A stretch of 64,000 nt of DNA from Botryllus schlosseri (taxonomy: Eukaryota), in assembly GCA_051294905.1 (NCBI GenBank), contig CM119380.1, positions 20,832,001 through 20,896,000 on the forward strand. Reading direction: 5' to 3'. Both the position numbers and the translations under genes were made by a program. Under the pieces are notes generated by a model that was not told the origin of the DNA, searched no databases, and was given only the letters and a program-made list of their open reading frames with translations. Shown here one piece after another: positions 58,872 to 64,000 of this stretch; position 1 is the first letter of the stretch, and the number at the start of each line of letters is the position of its first letter.

Positions 58872-61110
58872 AAGTTCAAGTTTATTCATAAAATTTCATC
58901 ACTTCAAAACATCACAAGACAGCAATACAATGAACGATAGAAAGATGCCGAAACGACTAGGAGTAGTCTTAAGATCAGACACCAACCTGGGCCTAGGCCA
59001 GTGCTTTTCAACCTGTGTGACGGTTCGCACTGGTGCGAATGAAAAAAATTTCAGTGCGAATGACAAGCGTGGTGCGAATAGTGCGAATGAAAATCCCGGA
59101 TGAGTACGAATGACAAGCGTGGTGCGAATGGTGCGAATGAAAAATCGGGATGGGTGCGAATGAAAATTGTCCATGTTTCTCACTTTTTCTGACGTGGAAT
59201 AATTCGAATAAACTTAATACGATATTTAGTACAGTGAGCCCGTAACTTTTTTCGTTTGGAAGCAATTCTAAAAACTTGTTCGTGGCTAGGTTTTTCTAGT
59301 TCACAAGTGAGGAACGCTCCCGATGCGTATATATTGCAAAGTTTGAGAATATATTTCCACGCGAGAGGTTTACGTCACTGCCAGGAAAAAAACAAGGCAT
59401 GGCATCGGTATCAGTTGCTCGGGAACATCCGCCGTGTACGGACCGTGTTGGTAATGGTAGGCGATGCCAATGTTGACATTTGGTATATTTGAATGCCAAA
59501 TATTGGAATTTTGGCACATATTCATGTTGGTTAACAGCAGAAATTTGCGTTTCTTAAACTATAACAATTATCACGTTCGATCTATTACAAATGTTGTTTA
59601 CTCGTGTATACCTAACCGAGCAATAGAGGCTGCTAGAAAATAGAATTAGTGTAAGCACGTTGGTATCTTACGTCCGATGAATTGTTATCTTGCATTGCAT
59701 TGAATTATTAGGTCACTGGGCAGTTTATCTACTGACCAGTGCAATAGCCTGTTTGCAATGTTAGCTACACCAAGCTTAGACACGCTTTCCTGTTCTTGGA
59801 TTGATGATCTCCTACCAGCTTTAGATCGCAAAAGGCTTGAGAGGCCTATATATAATTAATTGGTGATGTCACTAAGGTTGCTGCTCTATAGGAAAAGTTT
59901 ACCTAGTTCGTATTGCAACGACCGTTGTACTACAAACTTTTTAATATTACGAACTCTACCGATTTAGCTTGAACACCCTCTGCAGAGCCAAATCAAATCC
60001 ACCAAACCGTCTTACACCTACTTCTTGCAGCTTAATTTAAACCTAATTATACTGTTGGAACTTATTACTCCTTATGTATAAGGATATGTGGGATAGTAAA
60101 GATAATTTGGCATCATTTCACTCAGTTTTCCAATATTGTACGATTACCCTAAGAGTCGTCACGCAACTGCGTATGTGGCAACCCGGGCCGATGAATATGT
60201 GTTATTCACGAATATTAAGTAAGTAATAATTATTCAAGAAGGTGTAGGTGTGTTGAATTGACAACACAAGAATACCGCACGCTATTCTTGAAAGATATGT
60301 GGGTTTGTGTACTGCATAGATAAGAAGTGAACGAAGCGTAAGCCCATCCACAAATAACCGTCGTCAATTACTCGGATTGTGTGGGTTTGTGTAGCAATTC
60401 ATTCCTGATTTTAACGCCCACCGTACCATCCAATCGACCAACATACCTTTGTAACAGTGAAGTATCTTTTCGAATGTTGTCAGAAAATGAACCATAGGTG
60501 CTAGTCGCAACATTGATGATACGATTCAAGGGCAGTTTTACTATTTGTGGGTTCTAAATGCGAACACAATAAAATCGCGATGACGTGAAATGTCGATTTA
60601 GTGGAAAAGTGATATTTTTGCGAGTGAATATTGTTCTTGGGTTCGCCCTTTAAGCTTCGAAGGAAATCGCTGCACGACACCCTCGGAAAAAGCAACGAAC
60701 TTCTTGAGAACAACGGGAGTACGATATCTGTGATTTTTCTACTGCAGTGATTTTAGTGCTTGATTATTCAATAATACTATAAGCTTAATGTAAAATAATG
60801 AAGCTCTGTACCTCAAAGAAGCTCTTCGAATACAAAAGAGATCAGTTTTTTTTTCTTTTTTGTACTAAATTCCGGCTGACTGGTGCGAATGAAATTATTT
60901 TTCAATAAACAAATGCGAATGGATCTCAAAAAGGTTCAAAAGCACTGGCCTAGGCGATGTAAAGAGGAGGCATGCACGCTGAATGAAAGTAAAAGAAGCT
61001 AATATAAAGTGGCAAGTGACGGCAGGCGAGATCGATATATGTCAGGTCGTGGTCCGGTAAATGGAAAGGGCTGAGTATTCTGCTGCCATTTTACTGGCAG
61101 CCCCCAGCAG
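58872..61110 (-). mobile_element. LINE 3' end split by a hAT insertion (LINE parts 58872-58998 and 60948-61110)
   Basis: Both parts match consecutive segments of the LINE 3' UTR and join at the duplicated GCCTAGGC. Confidence 0.75.
58999..60947. mobile_element. 1.95-kb non-autonomous hAT (Buster-type) element with GGTGCGAATG subterminal repeats
   Basis: CAGTGCTTTTCAACCT / AGGTTCAAAAGCACTG ends; perfect TSD GCCTAGGC; tandem units of about 48 nt at 59030-59165. Confidence 0.85.
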
Positions 61111-62636
61111 GTAGAATTCAAAAGAAAATTTTAAATATCAGAATCGGATCGCCAAATATCCAATATATTTTTGCCACAAAGTAGCTTGGCGGATTTCGAG
61201 TTGCGACTCCAGGTCTCATAAATGGAAGAATATGCGCCGTCTTTTGACGACGCAAAATCTGTCGTCTTGATACTTTTTCGCACAAATGCAATTGTTCATT
61301 ATATGTTTGTCAATGTTGGAATTCACAGCCGTGGCCAGATTCATACAAATCAGTACATCCATCCCAAGCGATCAGCAAAGAAGGAATATACAGGAGTTGC
61401 GTGTTGATATTGTTTAGTCGGCAAGTGTGGAATATTCAAGATGTAACGCGGGGTTGACCTTCATTTAGTCAGCAGGTTGGTATAGATCCAAAGCCACTTT
61501 GGATTTGCGTTGATCACAGAGATGTCTGCATGCGAAAAGTAGCTCATATAGGCTACTATACCGAATAGAGAGCAGTGAGCACCCCCGTTTTCGATAATAT
61601 ACTTTCCAATGATTGTTGCATGGAGGCAGTCCATAGCCAATGTCCAGTCCATACAGATCGGATTTAATATGAACTGCGGGTATATTATACATATCATAGG
61701 AACGCATTAAGCACGAGTGACTAATGACCATCCAATCATTTATTAATACCAGAATAACATAGCGAAATTACCACGGTGGAGAAGAAAATGGCAAAGCAGT
61801 TTTGTTCAAGTCTACAAACGAAAGCCTATTGTGACATGCAATAAGGTGTTAATCACATAATATGGAGCGGCATATGTAAAAATGTAGGCAATATGGCATG
61901 CGTTTGTATATGAGCTAGAGAAATCGGCCTAAATCCATTTAGTAATTCCAGATATTGCATGCTGGTTTATTTATTCAATGTCACCTGCTATTATTCCAAC
62001 TACACTACATTGTGGTCAGCTCTGATGACCGTGTAAAGCTCATTGAATTCGTAACAGCACTGCTGTCGGTCGTTGTTTTTTCCTGGTATGGCATCAACCG
62101 TATGATATTTGAATGACTCGCAAGTCGCAGCGCTATGTCTTTACTGGTGAGTGGAATAGGAAGAAGTGAATAAGTATGATAATTGAATATAGTATGACAC
62201 CATATTATATTGTAATTATGATAATTTCAGTTGAGTGGAACGTATTGTTACACCAGGTCACGAATCGCCCGCTATACGGCTATAGTTGATATTTGTTAAG
62301 TCCGTGATAATCTGGCGCGAAATTATTCATAAAGGTTCTGCCACTATTTGGATTTTTCAAACTGTGACGTGTAAATTCGATGGTAGCGTACGGAACAAAC
62401 GAGATGTGTAGCGTTTTGAATAAATGGAGTAGGGGGCTACAGATTTAGACTGCATTTTCACTTCTTATAAAATTGCTCGGCCTCTTCAAGTGTTGTCAAC
62501 ATCTTGTGATCGCGCGTTTCCCTCAGGTACAAGGTAGCGATTCCAGCTAGGATACCTGCCGTTCCAAAAATTACCTACAGGCGAAAAATAAAGTAACGTG
62601 ATATTATTCAATTAAAACGCTTTCCTTGGTCCTATC

Positions 62637-63230
62637 ATAGTGTCCTATATGGTGTCGACACAGGCAAATCTCATGCCTCAGTGAAATTGTATCACTTCAC
62701 AATTTCCATTTGGCTACAGGCAATTTGACGGTAATTTATGACCGGCTTGCCGAGCATTAAATTTGGTAAAACGGGTATCAATCGAAAGCTGACTCTGCAC
62801 TGATTACGAAAATATAAATTTTATTCCGCTCGTGGCCCTGGAACTCCCACAATCAGCCTCGAATTTTTCATTCTTATGGAGATTGGCATTGGGACGCAAC
62901 AATGCTGAACAATGTTGTCTGGCTCTTTTTCTCTTGAGCTACTCTCTCGTTTCGCCAAACAGCATTGTTGCGTCCCAATGCCAATCTCCATAACAATGAA
63001 AAATTCGAGGCTGATTGTGGGAGTTCCAGGGCCACGAGCGGAATAAAATTTATATTTTCGTAATCAGTGCAGAGTCAGCTTTCGATTGATACCTGTTTTA
63101 CCGAATTTAATGCTCGGCAAGCCGGTCAAAAATGACCGTCAAATTGCCTGTAGCCAAATGGAAATTGTCACGTGATACAATTTCACTGAGGCGTGAGATT
63201 TGCCTGTGTCGACACCATATAGGACACTAT
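62637..63230. mobile_element. Near-perfect 594-bp fold-back element
   Basis: Arms of about 275 bp starting ATAGTGTCCTATATGGTG; 9-bp TSD-like GGTCCTATC/GGTCCTATA. Confidence 0.8.
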
Positions 63231-63960
63231 GGTCCTATATGGTGTGGACACAGCGAGATTGAACGGCTCACTGCATTTGGGTTAAGTCATACTTTCCATT
63301 TGACCAAAGGCAACTTTACGGCCATTTTTGATCGGCTTGCCGAGCGCTAAATTCGACAAAACGGTTATCAATAGAAACCTGCAGTTGTACTGATTACGCA
63401 AATATAAATTTTATTCTGATCATTGTCCTGAAACCCCCCAAAATCAGCCTCGAATTTTCCATTGTGATCGAATTTTGCATTGTGGTGCAACAATGCTGTC
63501 TAACTCTTTCTTCTTAGCTTCACTCTTGTTTTGTCAGACAGATTTGTCGCGTCACAATCCAAAGCTCTATCACAAGGCAGAATTCGCGGCTGATTTTGGG
63601 GAGTTCCAGCGCCATGAGCGGCATAAAATTTATGTTTTCGTAATCATTGCAGAAGCAGCTTTCTATTCATACCCGTTTTATCGAATTTAGCGCTCGGCAA
63701 GCCGGTCAAAATGGCCGCAAAGTTGCCTTTGGTCTAATTATAGAAATTAAACATGGAACGGCAACGACCGATTTTGCAGCTTCGATCCGCTTCGCCGAGG
63801 CTGGAGTGGAGAATTGTTTTGCGTAAGCGACTGTAGGATTTCTGGCAACCCAAAAGCTATCTTCCGGAGCGCAGAAATCACTGACTCTGGTCTTGATCGA
63901 AAGCTACTGTTGCACCGATTCCGAAAATATAAATTAAAATATTGATCAGGCACTGATCCA
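63231..63960. mobile_element. Related, more diverged fold-back element(s)
   Basis: Inverted arms 63301-63735; shares GGCTTGCCGAGC, TCAATCGAAAG and CAGCCTCGAATTT motifs with 62637-63230. Confidence 0.65.
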
Positions 63961-64000
63961 CCTAGAATCTGTCCTCCAAGTCTGAAATATCGGCATTGTT

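Noticed and set aside
59030-59165. CRISPR-like spaced repeats (also GGAGTC arrays at 43250-43410 and 45095-45235)
   Set aside because: Spacers are themselves repeated, context is eukaryotic and they are subterminal repeats of hAT elements.

Overview
AT-rich eukaryotic (metazoan, species not identifiable from sequence) genomic window with GT-AG introns and dense transposon content; no CRISPR, rRNA or genuine tRNA genes seen. Three spliced minus-strand genes were reconstructed by hand from splice sites, phase continuity and recalled family motifs (no database search was run): an inositol hexakisphosphate kinase (IP6K, 7 coding exons, 433 aa, 1253-10474), a TRIM37 orthologue (RING, B-box, coiled coil, MATH; about 30 exons, about 1160 aa, 14175-39489; 3' half less certain) and a divergent OST3/OST6-family (MAGT1/TUSC3-like) gene (7 exons, 325 aa, 41948-51217). 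Introns and intergenic DNA hold a young 5'-truncated CR1/L2-group LINE plus several 3' ends, a complete-ended but decayed P element (29-bp TIRs, 8-bp TSD, THAP domain), many hAT MITEs with exact TSDs, long fold-back elements and two tRNA-derived SINE subfamilies. Best leads: (1) a dispersed inverted-repeat family carrying a minimal type-I hammerhead-ribozyme motif (Penelope-like); (2) tiny TIR-only palindromes with TSD-like flanks, resembling P-element excision footprints, in the 5' region of each of the three genes; (3) a candidate poison exon and an in-frame abutting uORF in IP6K.
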